A model generated the notes under the pieces. It was not told the origin of the DNA. It saw only the letters and a list, made by a program, of their open reading frames with translations, and did no database searches. The position numbers were made by a program, and so were the translations under genes. A DNA stretch of 64,000 nucleotides from Longimicrobiales bacterium (GTDB taxonomy: Bacteria > Gemmatimonadota > Gemmatimonadetes > Longimicrobiales > Gaopeijiaceae), in the NCBI GenBank assembly GCA_965219445.1, contig CBDCNQ010000003.1, positions 320,001-384,000 on the forward strand, read 5' to 3'. Below, piece after piece: positions 10,058-20,481 of the stretch (positions are counted from its first letter, which is position 1; every line of letters starts with the position of its first letter).

Positions 10058-11434
10058 CTATCTATCGGGTTCGATCTGACCGGTTCGGTCCCATTTTACG
10101 GGCAGGCGTGAATCATCACCCTTGAAGAACCGGAAGAGTGGGTCTTCGGATAGCCGCCCGACGATAACGTCGATCTGGGTCGTCTCGTTCGCACGCAAGA
10201 CACCGCGGACCTGATTTCCCGGAAAGACCTTCCGTCCAGCGACGTAGCCGAGCAGCGGAGTACCGGCATCGGCTGAGAACTCCATGTAGAAGCTCACGTC
10301 CTGCTCTAGCTTCGAAAGATCCACCAACACGGTAAAATGATTTGGATCGACTTTGTTCTTATGCGTATGGGCTATTGAGTCGGACGGCCTGCCCTCCCCC
10401 TGAGCATCCAGGTAGCCGATCACAATCTTGTAGTCGTCCACCGGGTGGCCCTCGTGGTCTCGAAACCGGAAATCCAGTTGGGCGAAGGGACCCCTTCGCT
10501 TGGTCGTCGTCTCGGTCGTGGCGTCGGTGAGCAGACGGCGCATCCGACCATAACTCTGCCGGCCACGTCGCTTGTCGCGATCGACCTGAAGGCATTCGAG
10601 AATCAGCCGGAGGGCTTGGTGCGCGGCAGGAGACGTTCGCTTTCCGATGCTCCCAAGAATGCCGTGCCTATCGCCGGAGTGCAGGTACCGCCAAAGCGAG
10701 CCAAAAGCGATGCCTTTCACCTCACGAAGCGGCGGCCTACGGCTCGACGCGAAATCGATCACGTAACGCCGGAAGTTCAGATTGCCCGCGGGGACACGGA
10801 TCACCTGATCGGATCCATCTTCGTAGTGAGCGGGGAGGATCTTCGCTGCTACCCTATCCTTCAGTCCTCTAGGGACTCGGTCTCCGGTCAGGCAGTAGAG
10901 GAGAACGCCTTTGTCCTCCCAGTTCGTCTGGTCCAGCCACTCGTCCGCGGCCTGCCATGAGAATTCGCTCCCGAGCTCGAGCGCATTGAGAATCCGGTCC
11001 CCAGTCGGCCCGCCCTTGAAGGCCTCGGCTACCATGGAGCGACCGTGGTGTGCCAGCCGTGAGCCAAACTGCGGTCCTGCGAGAAAGATCACGTTCGTTA
11101 ACGGTTTCTGACTCACCTTCTGATCTACGTAGTGGTGCGTGAGCCAGTGCCGGACTACCAACGCACCCGTGCTATGGGTGATGATGTGAAACGGTGTATC
11201 CCATCCATTCCTGAGACGATCCGTGAGCGCGGAGTCCATGCCCCGCGAGAGATCACGGACCTCCACGTCGTCGTCGAGGCTTACGTATTGGCCGAGGTAG
11301 ATCTCCTCGAGCTCGAACGTCTTTTCCCGGTGCTGCCCGATCGGTGAGAACTTGTCCAGCTGGTGGTGAAGAGCTGCGTAGGTGGTAGTGGAGTCCACCG
11401 ACCACCCGTGGACCAAAAACACTCTCTCGGGCAT
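10058..11434 (-). CDS. Alpha/beta-hydrolase (esterase/lipase-like)
   Basis: FLVHGWS oxyanion motif; IITHSTGALV nucleophile elbow; LAGPQFGS. Confidence 0.7.
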   Translation of the reverse strand: MPERVFLVHGWSVDSTTTYAALHHQLDKFSPIGQHREKTFELEEIYLGQYVSLDDDVEVRDLSRGMDSALTDRLRNGWDTPFHIITHSTGALVVRHWLTHHYVDQKVSQKPLTNVIFLAGPQFGSRLAHHGRSMVAEAFKGGPTGDRILNALELGSEFSWQAADEWLDQTNWEDKGVLLYCLTGDRVPRGLKDRVAAKILPAHYEDGSDQVIRVPAGNLNFRRYVIDFASSRRPPLREVKGIAFGSLWRYLHSGDRHGILGSIGKRTSPAAHQALRLILECLQVDRDKRRGRQSYGRMRRLLTDATTETTTKRRGPFAQLDFRFRDHEGHPVDDYKIVIGYLDAQGEGRPSDSIAHTHKNKVDPNHFTVLVDLSKLEQDVSFYMEFSADAGTPLLGYVAGRKVFPGNQVRGVLRANETTQIDVIVGRLSEDPLFRFFKGDDSRLPVKWDRTGQIEPDR

Positions 11435-11469
11435 AGAACGGCTTCCTCTGTAGCATAAGGACCGCCCGA

Positions 11470-11497
11470 GGGGGGGGGGGGGGGGTGGGGGGGGGGG
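11470..11497 (+). repeat. Poly-G tract G16-T-G11
   Basis: Seen directly; about 35 bp upstream of the hydrolase start. Confidence 0.9.
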
Positions 11498-11602
11498 ACG
11501 AGAGTCTACGGGTCAGACGTACATCATGTCAACGTCCGTAAGCAACCAGTGGAAATAGGAGATCCTTGCCCTCTCGCACTCCTTAGCCGCATCTTGTCCG
11601 CC

Positions 11603-11968
11603 ATGCCAGATCCCGTCACCCGCCTGAACGCCGCGCTCTCACCGGCCCGGAGACAATGCGAGAATGGGTCGACGAGGCAGTCGGAAGGATGTTCGAGCAC
11701 TTACCGATCCGAATGAACGGAGGCGGGCTTTAACCGGATTCTGAAACAGGGCGAGGTGGGTGACTCGCTGAGATAGTCCGATACCGGCCCTTTTTCGTGG
11801 AACTCGCCCTCATTAGCAGCTTACCTACGAAATCCAGCGTACACGTTATACGACGTGACCCCCGACGATCAGCGATTCGTGATGCTGCGGATCGGTGACG
11901 ACGAGGACGCCGCGCCTTCCGAACTCATCCTGGTCGAGAACTGGTTCGAGGAGCTTCGCCAACGGTAG
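11603..11968 (+). pseudogene. Collapsed remnant of a Ser/Thr kinase-TolB/PD40 propeller gene
   Basis: N-terminus MPDPVTRLNAAL at 11603 and C-terminus YDVTPDDQRFVMLR…LILVENWFEELRQR* ending 11968; the middle is missing. Confidence 0.65.
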
Positions 11969-12083
11969 GACGAGTACCCCCCAAGGGTTGTCACACCGCC
12001 AAGCCGAGCGTTATTGTGCGCCCGATCGATGGGATCGCAGCGAACCCGTCCTCGCCATTCTCGCGATCTGGAGGAGAGGCGAT

Positions 12084-12731
12084 ATGCCAAGCGACGACGC
12101 TCAAACGGGCCACAGCGGGCCGACCGACCTTACCCGGCGCACCTTCATCAAGGGTGTAATCGCCGGAGGTGTGGCGGTTTCCTCCGCGGCCTACCTCTTC
12201 CGCAACAGCCCGCTCTTGACGGGTGGAGCCGCTCGGACGAGCGGCGTTGAGCGGCTGCTGAGGCTCAACGTCAACGGCCAGACTCGGCGGGTCGATGTAG
12301 CCCCGCATGAGACCCTGGCCACGACGCTCCGCTACAAGCTCGGGCTCACCGGCACCAAGCTCGGCTGCGACCGCGCGGAGTGTGGTGCCTGCACGGTGCT
12401 CGTCGATGACGTGCCGCGCTACTCGTGCTCGGTGCTGACCCATTCCGTCAGGTCGCGCGAGATCAGGACGATCGAGGGTCTGGCGTCGCCCGACGGTACG
12501 CTCCATCCGGTGCAGCAGGGCGTGGTCGAGGAGCAGGGCTTCCAATGCGCCTACTGCATGACCGGCTTCGTCATGGCGGCGGTGGGATTCCTACAGAAGA
12601 ATCCGAACCCGACCCGCGAAGAGCTGGCTCATGGCGTCTCCGGCAACCTGTGCCGGTGCCAGGACTACGACAAAATCCTCACGGCCCTGCAACGGGGCGC
12701 GGAGCTTTCGCGGGAGGTGGCCCGTGGCTGA
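12084..12731 (+). CDS. Molybdoenzyme small subunit, two 2Fe-2S clusters, Tat signal (PaoA/YagT-like)
   Basis: TRRTFIK; GTKLGCDRAECGACTV; QCAYC; GNLCRC. Confidence 0.9.
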   Translation: MPSDDAQTGHSGPTDLTRRTFIKGVIAGGVAVSSAAYLFRNSPLLTGGAARTSGVERLLRLNVNGQTRRVDVAPHETLATTLRYKLGLTGTKLGCDRAECGACTVLVDDVPRYSCSVLTHSVRSREIRTIEGLASPDGTLHPVQQGVVEEQGFQCAYCMTGFVMAAVGFLQKNPNPTREELAHGVSGNLCRCQDYDKILTALQRGAELSREVARG

Positions 12732-15192
12732 GAACAAGCTGGTCGGTCAGAACTACGTCACGCCCGACCTGGTCGCCAAGGTCACGGGCCGGGCCAAGTA
12801 CGCGGAGGACTTCCGGGTTGACGGAATGCTCTACGCAAAGCTCTTGCTGAGCCCCCTTCCCCACGCCCGGGTCAGGAGCATCGACACGAGCGCCGCCGAG
12901 GCCATGCCGGGCGTGCGCGCCATTCTCAGGGCATCGGAGCTTCCGGCGCCGGCCGACATCGTGACCGATCTCGGGGAGAGGATCCCTGCCAATCCCAAGG
13001 GCGAGCGCGCGCTCAGCGACGAGCCCGTCTATGCCGGGGAACCGGTGTTGGCCGTGGCGGCAGTGGACGAGGAGACGGCGGTCGCAGCCATCGAAGCCAT
13101 CGAGATCGACTTCGAGCCGCTGCCGTTCGTGGTCGACCCACTCGTGAGTCTCCGTCCGGACGGGCCCAACGCACGTCCTGAGGGCAACTGCTGGGGCCGT
13201 CCGGCGGGAGAGCCCACAGGCCCCCTCGAGGTCCAGGAGATGAAGTGGGCGAGCGCCGATTTCGCCGAGTACGAAGAGGGTCGATTGCCGACCGGCACGT
13301 CTCGTGACGAATGGTCGTTCGGCGACGTCGAGGCTAGATTCGCCGAGGCGGTGCTCGTGCTCGACCAGACGTTCTCCGTCGCCAACAACCACCACAATGT
13401 GCTCGAGCCGCGCTCCACGCTCGCGTACTGGCGCAACGGCAAGCTGTACGTGCACACCGGCACGCAGAGCACCGTGCAGACGGCGGCGTCCCTCGCCCGC
13501 TGGATGCGGCTCGACATCGACGATGTCGTGCTCATTACGGAGTACACGGGCGGCGGCTACGGCAGCCGGGCCACCGGCGCCGTCATCAGCACGGTCCCGG
13601 CCGTGCTCGCTAGGAAAGCAGGCCAGCCGGTCATGCTCCGCATCTCGCGTGAGGAGGAGCACTTCATCGGCGGTATTCGCCCCGCCGTCCACGGCCGCGT
13701 GAAGGCCGGATTTGCCAGCGACGGGAGCCTCCTGGCTCTCGACATGTTCACGGTGGGAGAGAATAGCGCGTACGAGCCGGGAGGCGACGCCTTGTTCTCC
13801 GGCAGCATCGTGTCGCTGCTCTATCAGCCGCAGGCCATGCGGATGCGGGCGACCACCGTGCTCACGAACACGCCGCCGCGCCGGGCGCAGAGCCAGCCCG
13901 GGGGGCTCCAGGGCATCGTGATGATGGAGCCGGTCATCGCCAAGGCCGCGCGCCAGCTCGGTCTCGACCAGGTGGACATCCGCCGCGTCAACGCGCCCGT
14001 CGGCAAGGCGCCGTTCGGGCCTCAGGTTGGCGACGCCCCAAGAGCGTACTGCACGAGCGCGTTCCTGAGGGAAGCGCTCGACCGGGGCTCCGAGCTCTTC
14101 GACTGGGAGACGCGTAAGGCGCGCTCCGGTCAGCGCCAAGGCTCCACGGTGCGTGGGGCCGGGGTGGCGGTCAGCACGTTCGTTTCAGGCTCGACCGGAT
14201 TCGACGGGCTCTTCGTGATCCAGCCCGACGGCCGTATGTACGTCAAGTCGGGCGTCGGCAATCTGGGCACGGAATCGTACTCCGACGTCCATCGCGTGGC
14301 GGCCGAGATGATGGGACTGCCGTGGGACAAGGTGGAGATCTCCTGGGGCGACACGTCCAAGAACCTCCCGTGGACCTGCGTCTCCGGTGGGAGCCAGACG
14401 GCGCACGCGATGTCGCGCGCGGCCCACGCGGCGGCTTCGGACGCCATCGCCAAGGCAAAGGAGATCGCGGCCCGAACGCTCGGCGGGAGCCCCGAGTCCT
14501 ACCGTGTGGCCGACGAGCGCGTCTCGAACGGATCACGCGGGATGACGCTCGCGGAGGTGGCCCAGCGCGCCATCGAGCTGGGTGGCAAGTACGACGGGCA
14601 CGAGCTGCCCGAGGACATCAACGGGTACACCACCAGGTCGGCGACGGCACTGGCCGGGCAGGGCCTCATGGGCGTAGCGCGCGACAGCTACGGGCGGGAC
14701 GGCAGATCGTTCTCCTTCGTCGCCGGGTTCGCGGAGGTCGAGGTGGACCTCGAGACCGGCGACTATCGAATACTCGACTACATGGCAGTGGGCGACTCGG
14801 GCACCATCATCCACCCGCGCTCCTACGGTGGGCAGGTTCTCGGGCGCTCGGTGCTCGGTATGGGGCACACGCTCGCGCAGAAGAGCGTGTACGACCAGCA
14901 CTACGGCCTGCCGTTGGCGAAGCGGATGTATGAGAATCGTCCACCCACGATACTGGACGTACCGCGAAATATGCAGTGGGACGCGGTGAACCTGCCGGAT
15001 CCCGAGACCCCGGTCGGCGCGCGTGGCATCGGCGAGCCGCCGGTTGCCGCTGGGGCGTGCGCGGTTCTCAACGCGCTCACCGCGGCGCTCGGCGATGAGG
15101 CGTTTCGCCGCACACCGGTGACGCTCGACAACATCCTCATGGCGCTCGAGCACGGGCGGCCCATGCAGGAGCCGTTGACGGCTCACATCTGA
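12724..15192 (+). CDS. Xanthine dehydrogenase family molybdopterin-binding large subunit
   Basis: KVTGRAKYAED, GGGYG, SGGSQT and RGIGEPP motifs; GTG start overlaps the small-subunit end. Confidence 0.9.
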   Translation: MAENKLVGQNYVTPDLVAKVTGRAKYAEDFRVDGMLYAKLLLSPLPHARVRSIDTSAAEAMPGVRAILRASELPAPADIVTDLGERIPANPKGERALSDEPVYAGEPVLAVAAVDEETAVAAIEAIEIDFEPLPFVVDPLVSLRPDGPNARPEGNCWGRPAGEPTGPLEVQEMKWASADFAEYEEGRLPTGTSRDEWSFGDVEARFAEAVLVLDQTFSVANNHHNVLEPRSTLAYWRNGKLYVHTGTQSTVQTAASLARWMRLDIDDVVLITEYTGGGYGSRATGAVISTVPAVLARKAGQPVMLRISREEEHFIGGIRPAVHGRVKAGFASDGSLLALDMFTVGENSAYEPGGDALFSGSIVSLLYQPQAMRMRATTVLTNTPPRRAQSQPGGLQGIVMMEPVIAKAARQLGLDQVDIRRVNAPVGKAPFGPQVGDAPRAYCTSAFLREALDRGSELFDWETRKARSGQRQGSTVRGAGVAVSTFVSGSTGFDGLFVIQPDGRMYVKSGVGNLGTESYSDVHRVAAEMMGLPWDKVEISWGDTSKNLPWTCVSGGSQTAHAMSRAAHAAASDAIAKAKEIAARTLGGSPESYRVADERVSNGSRGMTLAEVAQRAIELGGKYDGHELPEDINGYTTRSATALAGQGLMGVARDSYGRDGRSFSFVAGFAEVEVDLETGDYRILDYMAVGDSGTIIHPRSYGGQVLGRSVLGMGHTLAQKSVYDQHYGLPLAKRMYENRPPTILDVPRNMQWDAVNLPDPETPVGARGIGEPPVAAGACAVLNALTAALGDEAFRRTPVTLDNILMALEHGRPMQEPLTAHI

Positions 15193-15261
15193 TGCCGGGC
15201 GAGATCCAGATGACGAATCAGCAGACGATGCTTCGGTAGCCCGGAGTCCAGGAGAAGCGCT

Positions 15262-16275
15262 ATGGCGATCGTGAACGACTTAATCCCTCCGTTCCAGCTG
15301 ATCCAGCCTTCCAGCCTCGAGGAGGCGGTGGAGGCCGCCGAAGCATACGGCGACGAAGCTTGGATCATAGCCGGAGGCATGGACTCGTTCGACTGGCTCA
15401 AGGACCGCACGAAGCGGACCGGTGTGGTCATCGAGTTGAGCCAGGTAGACGAGCTGCAAGGCATCCGCGAAACGGGCGGTGGCCTCGAGATCGGGGCCAT
15501 GACCACGCTCACCGACGTGGCCGAGCATCCGGCCGTCCTCGAGCGCTTCGAGGTGCTGGCCAAGGCCGCGGGGCTCGTGGCATCGCCCCAGATCCGCCAT
15601 CAAGGCACCATCGGCGGCAACGTGTCGCAGGATACGCGCTGCACCTACTACCGCAACGGCTGGACCTGCTATCGAGCCGGCGGCAACACCTGCTACGCCA
15701 ATACACCGACAGCAGTGAACCGCGAGCATGCCATCCTCCAGGCGAGCCGCTGCGTGGCTGTGAGCCCCTCGGACACGGCTCCCGTGCTCGTCGCGCTCGA
15801 TGCGCAGATGGTCATCCGGCGGGGCGGACGCGAGCGTGTCGTCGACGCGGACGACTACTTCGTCGGACCGGACGTAGATATCACACGCATGACGGTTTTG
15901 AGGCCCGGCGACCTGCTCACGGCCATCCGTATCCCGGCGACGTGGGCGGGTGCGCGGTTCTACTTCGAGAAGGTGCGCGACCGGGAAGTGTGGGACTTCC
16001 CCTTGGTCAACGTCGCTTCGGCAATCAGGGAGAGCGGCGGCCGTATCGACGAGGCCCGAGTGGTGGTCGGCGCCGTGGCTGCGCGGCCGCTGCGCCTGCG
16101 GGCGGTGGAGGAAGCGCTGGCCGGGCAGCAGCTGAATGAGGAGACGGCCACCGCGGCCGGCGAGCTGGCCGTCCAGGACGCGGAGCCGCTGCGCTACAAC
16201 GCCTATAAGGTGCCGTTGATGCGCAATCTGGTGCGGCGCGCCGTCAGGGGCGGGCCGCTCGCTGCCACGGCGTAG
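15262..16275 (+). CDS. FAD-binding medium subunit with 4Fe-4S insert (PaoB/YagS-like)
   Basis: IAGGMD; ASPQIRHQGTIGGN; Cys cluster RCTYYR…CYRAGGNTC…C; SPSD. Confidence 0.9.
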   Translation: MAIVNDLIPPFQLIQPSSLEEAVEAAEAYGDEAWIIAGGMDSFDWLKDRTKRTGVVIELSQVDELQGIRETGGGLEIGAMTTLTDVAEHPAVLERFEVLAKAAGLVASPQIRHQGTIGGNVSQDTRCTYYRNGWTCYRAGGNTCYANTPTAVNREHAILQASRCVAVSPSDTAPVLVALDAQMVIRRGGRERVVDADDYFVGPDVDITRMTVLRPGDLLTAIRIPATWAGARFYFEKVRDREVWDFPLVNVASAIRESGGRIDEARVVVGAVAARPLRLRAVEEALAGQQLNEETATAAGELAVQDAEPLRYNAYKVPLMRNLVRRAVRGGPLAATA

Positions 16276-16306
16276 ACCGGACCGCGGCGCGCGAAGGCCT
16301 CGGCGC

Positions 16307-16753
16307 GTGTCACTCTTGGTGAGCCGGCGGTTGTGCTGCTGGCCGCCCGTCCTTGTAGCGCTGCTGCTGCTCATAGCCTGTGAAAGCCGGCAGGAGGAGC
16401 CCGCCCCGCCCGTCGCCGCGGCGAGCACCCTGTGGCACACGCTCGGCAGCTGGTCGGGAAGCGGCGACCGTCAGACCGGGTCATTCGACGTGACCACGGG
16501 CTCCATGCGGCTCACGTGGGAAGCGCTCCAAGAGGGCGCTCCGGGCACGAACCAATTCCGCGTCTCGCTCCACAGTGCGATCAGCGGCCGGCCGCTACAG
16601 ACGATCGTCGATACCCAGGAGGTCGGCACCGGCTCCGTGGACCTAGCGGCCAACCCACGCGTTGCGTACCTGCTGATCGAGTCGGAGCGGATCCGTTGGC
16701 ACGTCACGCTCGAGGAAGCGGTGCCGGGGAGTCAGGTCAGCGGGCCGCGCTAG
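16307..16753 (+). CDS. Hypothetical lipoprotein
   Basis: Hydrophobic stretch and LIAC lipobox; beta-rich domain. Confidence 0.55.
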   Translation: MSLLVSRRLCCWPPVLVALLLLIACESRQEEPAPPVAAASTLWHTLGSWSGSGDRQTGSFDVTTGSMRLTWEALQEGAPGTNQFRVSLHSAISGRPLQTIVDTQEVGTGSVDLAANPRVAYLLIESERIRWHVTLEEAVPGSQVSGPR

Positions 16754-16985
16754 TTGGGCGAGAGGGCCATGCACCAGGAGAAGACCCCGCCCGTCTAGCT
16801 CGCCGTCGATCAGCAGCATCCGTGAGGCCCCGAGCGGAAACGCATTAAAAGTGCTTGACCCCCAACCCATATCCGTGAGGAATTGGGAACAGGTGGCGAT
16901 TAACCCGTGACGCCCCTCCCCACCAGGTCGGTGCGTCAGGTATGGATGAACACATGTTCCACCTCAGTTATCAAAGGATCTAAAG

Positions 16986-17633
16986 ATGAACCAGCACAAA
17001 TTGGTCTTTTCTTTCGCGTCGATTGTAGCGCTGCTGGTGGCGACCCCGGCCCTGGGGCAACTCACCAACTTCCCAGTGCTTTCAATGGCACCCGGGAGTG
17101 GTTATGGAACCACTTCGTTTGGGACGGCATTCGGCAGTGGCGTCAAGAACAATTCCATAGAGCGAAGCGTGTTCGTCGCCCGGATCGAGCGAGGCCTGGA
17201 GACGGTTTCCTTCGGGGCCGACGTCGGGTACATCGCGGGCGACACCGACAACTTGACCCTCGCGGGCAGCGTAGCCGCTCATCTGCTCAGCGACTCGCCC
17301 GTACAAGTGAGCTTTCAGACCGGTCTCGGGTGGATAAGACAAGACATCCTCACCTTGAACCTGACGACCCTGCACATTCCCGTCGGCGTATCGATACAGG
17401 GCACCGGCTTTGGTAAGGTGAGGCCCTGGGTGATGCCCCGCGTCAGCTTTACCCAATTCTCGGGCGACGCCATCGCCTCGAGTAATACCGACACCGAATT
17501 CGGTGGCTCGGCTGGTATTGCGTTCGCGACCGACTTCGGCGTCGGATTCAGCTTGGCGTACGACTATCAGGACATCATAGGTGGGACGCGCCACCAGCTC
17601 GGCGCCGTCATGTCCTACGTCGTGGGCAGGTGA
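16986..17633 (+). CDS. Small outer-membrane beta-barrel protein
   Basis: Signal peptide; alternating beta-strand pattern; AAGGA RBS. Confidence 0.65.
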   Translation: MNQHKLVFSFASIVALLVATPALGQLTNFPVLSMAPGSGYGTTSFGTAFGSGVKNNSIERSVFVARIERGLETVSFGADVGYIAGDTDNLTLAGSVAAHLLSDSPVQVSFQTGLGWIRQDILTLNLTTLHIPVGVSIQGTGFGKVRPWVMPRVSFTQFSGDAIASSNTDTEFGGSAGIAFATDFGVGFSLAYDYQDIIGGTRHQLGAVMSYVVGR

Positions 17634-17783
17634 CCCTGCGTTAGGCATTCTTTTCGCGCAGGGCGCGCCCTTCGCCGCCCTACGGGATACAGCAGCGTGC
17701 TGGACCGGCCTCGAGCTTCAAGCCATCTTTTGCGCCATGCATGACGAGCAACTCAAGGCCCGTGGTCGAATTCCCTCCGCCCT

Positions 17784-18344
17784 ATGAAGATCCTTGATGC
17801 CATCAACGCTCGTCGCTCGATCAAGAGCTTCACCGACCGTCCCGTGACACGGGACGAGATCGAGCGGCTGCTCGATGCGGCCTGTCAGGCCCCGAACCAC
17901 CGAATGACGGAGCCGTGGCGCTTTTATGTGCTCGGCTCCGAATCACGGCGCGCCTACGGTGAGGTTTTGGGGCGCAGGAAGGCCAAGCGGGTCGACGATG
18001 TCGAGGCGGCCGAGGCGGTGATCGAGAAGGTGGCCGAGACTCACGAGGCGCTACCCGCCATGCTCGCGGTCGCCGTCATGCTGGACGACAACCCCGAGAT
18101 CCGCGAGGAAGACTACGCGGCAGCGTACATGGGCATCCAGAATCTGTCGCTCGTCGCGGAGGCGATGGGACTGGGGACACACATCAAGACCGGCGCCGTC
18201 ATGGACGACCCCGCCGCACGGGCGGCCGTCGGACTCCCCGACGGGGAGAGGATCGTGGCTACAATCAACATCGGCGAACCCGAGAGCCTACCTGAAGCCA
18301 AAGCGCGGCGGCGGGCCACGGACCTCACGACCTGGGTGCCGTGA
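17784..18344 (+). CDS. Nitroreductase family protein (YdjA-like)
   Basis: RRSIKSF; APNHRMTEPWRF; QNLSLVAEAMGLG. Confidence 0.9.
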   Translation: MKILDAINARRSIKSFTDRPVTRDEIERLLDAACQAPNHRMTEPWRFYVLGSESRRAYGEVLGRRKAKRVDDVEAAEAVIEKVAETHEALPAMLAVAVMLDDNPEIREEDYAAAYMGIQNLSLVAEAMGLGTHIKTGAVMDDPAARAAVGLPDGERIVATINIGEPESLPEAKARRRATDLTTWVP

Positions 18345-18497
18345 TCAAAGGCGAACGGATATGAGCCGAGCGCTCGTGGGCGCCGGTGAGCGCTGGAATC
18401 AGGGGGTTTTCACCCGAGGTTCTCTCGACGGGAGGGTCGTGAACCCGCTAGCTTTAGTTTCGCCTCTCAATGATCCGCTCAAACCCGCCATAGACCC

Positions 18498-19109
18498 ATG
18501 AGCGACCCGTCGAAGCCAACTGTGGAGTTCACGAATCTGGCGAAGGACAAAGTCCTCCGTTTCATGCAGATGCAGGAGAACGAGGGCCTTGCGGTGCGCA
18601 TCCAGGTTGCCAGCCCCAGCCCGCTCGATCCCCGCTACGACATCACGATGATCGAGCCCGACGAAAAGTGCCCGGAAGACGTGGTGTTCGACGGCTACGG
18701 GTTCGAGGTCGTGATGGAGCCCGAGAGTGCGAAGCTCCTCGATGGCGCTCGCGTCGACTGGATCGAGACCCTGACCGACACCGGGTTTAAGGTGGAGAAC
18801 CCGAACCTGGCGCCCATCGGCTCGAAGCCGTTGGAAGGCCCTCTGGCGGACCGAGTTCGACAGGCCATCGACCAATTCGTGAACCCCGGAGTGGCCCAGC
18901 ACGGCGGACAGGTGACGCTGGTGGAAGTCAGGAACAAGATCGTCTACCTGCAAATGGGTGGGGGTTGCCAGGGGTGCGGGATGGCCTCAGTGACGCTGAG
19001 CCAGGGAATCGAGCGGATCCTTCACGAGCAGGTGCCGGAGATCGAGGGCATCGAGGACGTGACCAACCACGCCGACGGCGAGAACCCCTACATCAGCGCG
19101 TCCAAGTAA
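18498..19109 (+). CDS. nfuA: NfuA-like Fe-S carrier (degenerate A-type domain plus NifU-C domain)
   Basis: GFKVENPN; VNPGVAQHGG; MGGGCQGCG; DVTNH…NPY. Confidence 0.85.
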   Translation: MSDPSKPTVEFTNLAKDKVLRFMQMQENEGLAVRIQVASPSPLDPRYDITMIEPDEKCPEDVVFDGYGFEVVMEPESAKLLDGARVDWIETLTDTGFKVENPNLAPIGSKPLEGPLADRVRQAIDQFVNPGVAQHGGQVTLVEVRNKIVYLQMGGGCQGCGMASVTLSQGIERILHEQVPEIEGIEDVTNHADGENPYISASK

Positions 19110-19137
19110 CCGGCACTCCAACGGAGGGCCTGCCGTA

Positions 19138-20373
19138 TTGAGGGTGCTTCTCCTCCTTTCACGAACCTCGTATCGCGCCGAGGCTTTTGTCGCCGCGGCC
19201 CGCCACCTGGACGTGGATGTCACGGTTGGCTCGAATCACCGGCAGGCCCTCGCCGACCTGACACCTGGCGGCAGCCTCACGGTCGGTGTCGAGGACATGG
19301 ACCGATCGGTCGCCATCATCGTGCGGTTCGCCTCGGACCATCCGCTGACGGCCATCGTGGCGGCGGAAGACGATTTCGCACAAGTGGCAGCGGCAGCATC
19401 CGAGGCCCTTGGGCTGAGGCACCATCCTCTCGAGGCGGTCCGGTGCGCTCGTAACAAAGCGGTCATGCGGCAGCGGCTCGAGGCGGCCGGATTCCCGTCA
19501 CCCTGGTTCCATATCGCCTCCGTCGAAGACGATGCGGAAGCGGCCGCGGCGAGGGCTCGCTATCCCTGCGTTCTCAAGCCGCTTGCGTTGTCTGCCAGCC
19601 GCGGGGTGATCCGCGCGGACACGCCCGAGGAGTTCGGCCGCGCCTGGAGCCGGATTCGGGGGATCCTCGAGCAGCCCGACGCAGTCACCCGCAGCGGCCA
19701 CGGAGTGGCCGAGATCCTGATCGAAGCGTACATGCCGGGGCGGGAAGTGGCCGTGGAGGGGATCGTGGTGGAGGGCGAGCTCCAGACCCTGGCCGTCCTG
19801 GACAAGCCGGACCCCATGGTGGGGCCGTTCTTCGAGGAGACCATCCTTGTGACGCCTTCGCGTCTCCCCGATAGCGTTCAGCGCGAGGTCGTCTCCTGCG
19901 TGCAGCGGTCCGTGGCCATCCTCGGCCTCGATGACGGCCCCGTCCACGCCGAGCTCCGAGTGGACGCCGAGCGGGCCTCACTCCTGGAGATCGCGCCGCG
20001 CTCCATCGGTGGCCGTTGCTCCACGATCCTCCGCTTCGAGCCGGAGGCGACCCTGGAGGAACTCATACTGCATCATGCATTGGGGATGCCGATCGATGAG
20101 TACTCCCGAGCTCCTGGAGCCGGCGGGGTCATGATGCTGCCGATTCCGGAAGTCGGCGTTCTGCACGAGGTGGGCGGGTCCGAGGCAGCCCTCGAGACTC
20201 CGGACATCGAAGGGCTCGAGATTACGATCGCGGTGGGCCAGAAGGTCGTGCCACTCCCCGAGGGCAATCGCTACCTGGGATTTCTCTTCGCCCGAGCAGC
20301 GACGCCGGAGCAGGTGGAGACCGCGCTTAGGCTCGCGCACGCTCGACTCGATGTGAAAGTCGAGCCCAGCTGA
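19138..20373 (+). CDS. ATP-grasp domain protein (L-amino acid ligase-like)
   Basis: YPCVLKP…SASRGVIRAD; EAYMPGREVAVEG; PVHAELR; EIAPRSIGG. Confidence 0.85.
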   Translation: MRVLLLLSRTSYRAEAFVAAARHLDVDVTVGSNHRQALADLTPGGSLTVGVEDMDRSVAIIVRFASDHPLTAIVAAEDDFAQVAAAASEALGLRHHPLEAVRCARNKAVMRQRLEAAGFPSPWFHIASVEDDAEAAAARARYPCVLKPLALSASRGVIRADTPEEFGRAWSRIRGILEQPDAVTRSGHGVAEILIEAYMPGREVAVEGIVVEGELQTLAVLDKPDPMVGPFFEETILVTPSRLPDSVQREVVSCVQRSVAILGLDDGPVHAELRVDAERASLLEIAPRSIGGRCSTILRFEPEATLEELILHHALGMPIDEYSRAPGAGGVMMLPIPEVGVLHEVGGSEAALETPDIEGLEITIAVGQKVVPLPEGNRYLGFLFARAATPEQVETALRLAHARLDVKVEPS

Positions 20374-20481
20374 GGGACGAGCGCCGCAAATCAGGCCGAG
20401 GGTCAGCTCGTGCCGGCTGGGGCCCGGAAGGCGCTCAAGAAATCATCGACTCCGGGTGATGGTGCGGGGCCGTAGCGTGAT

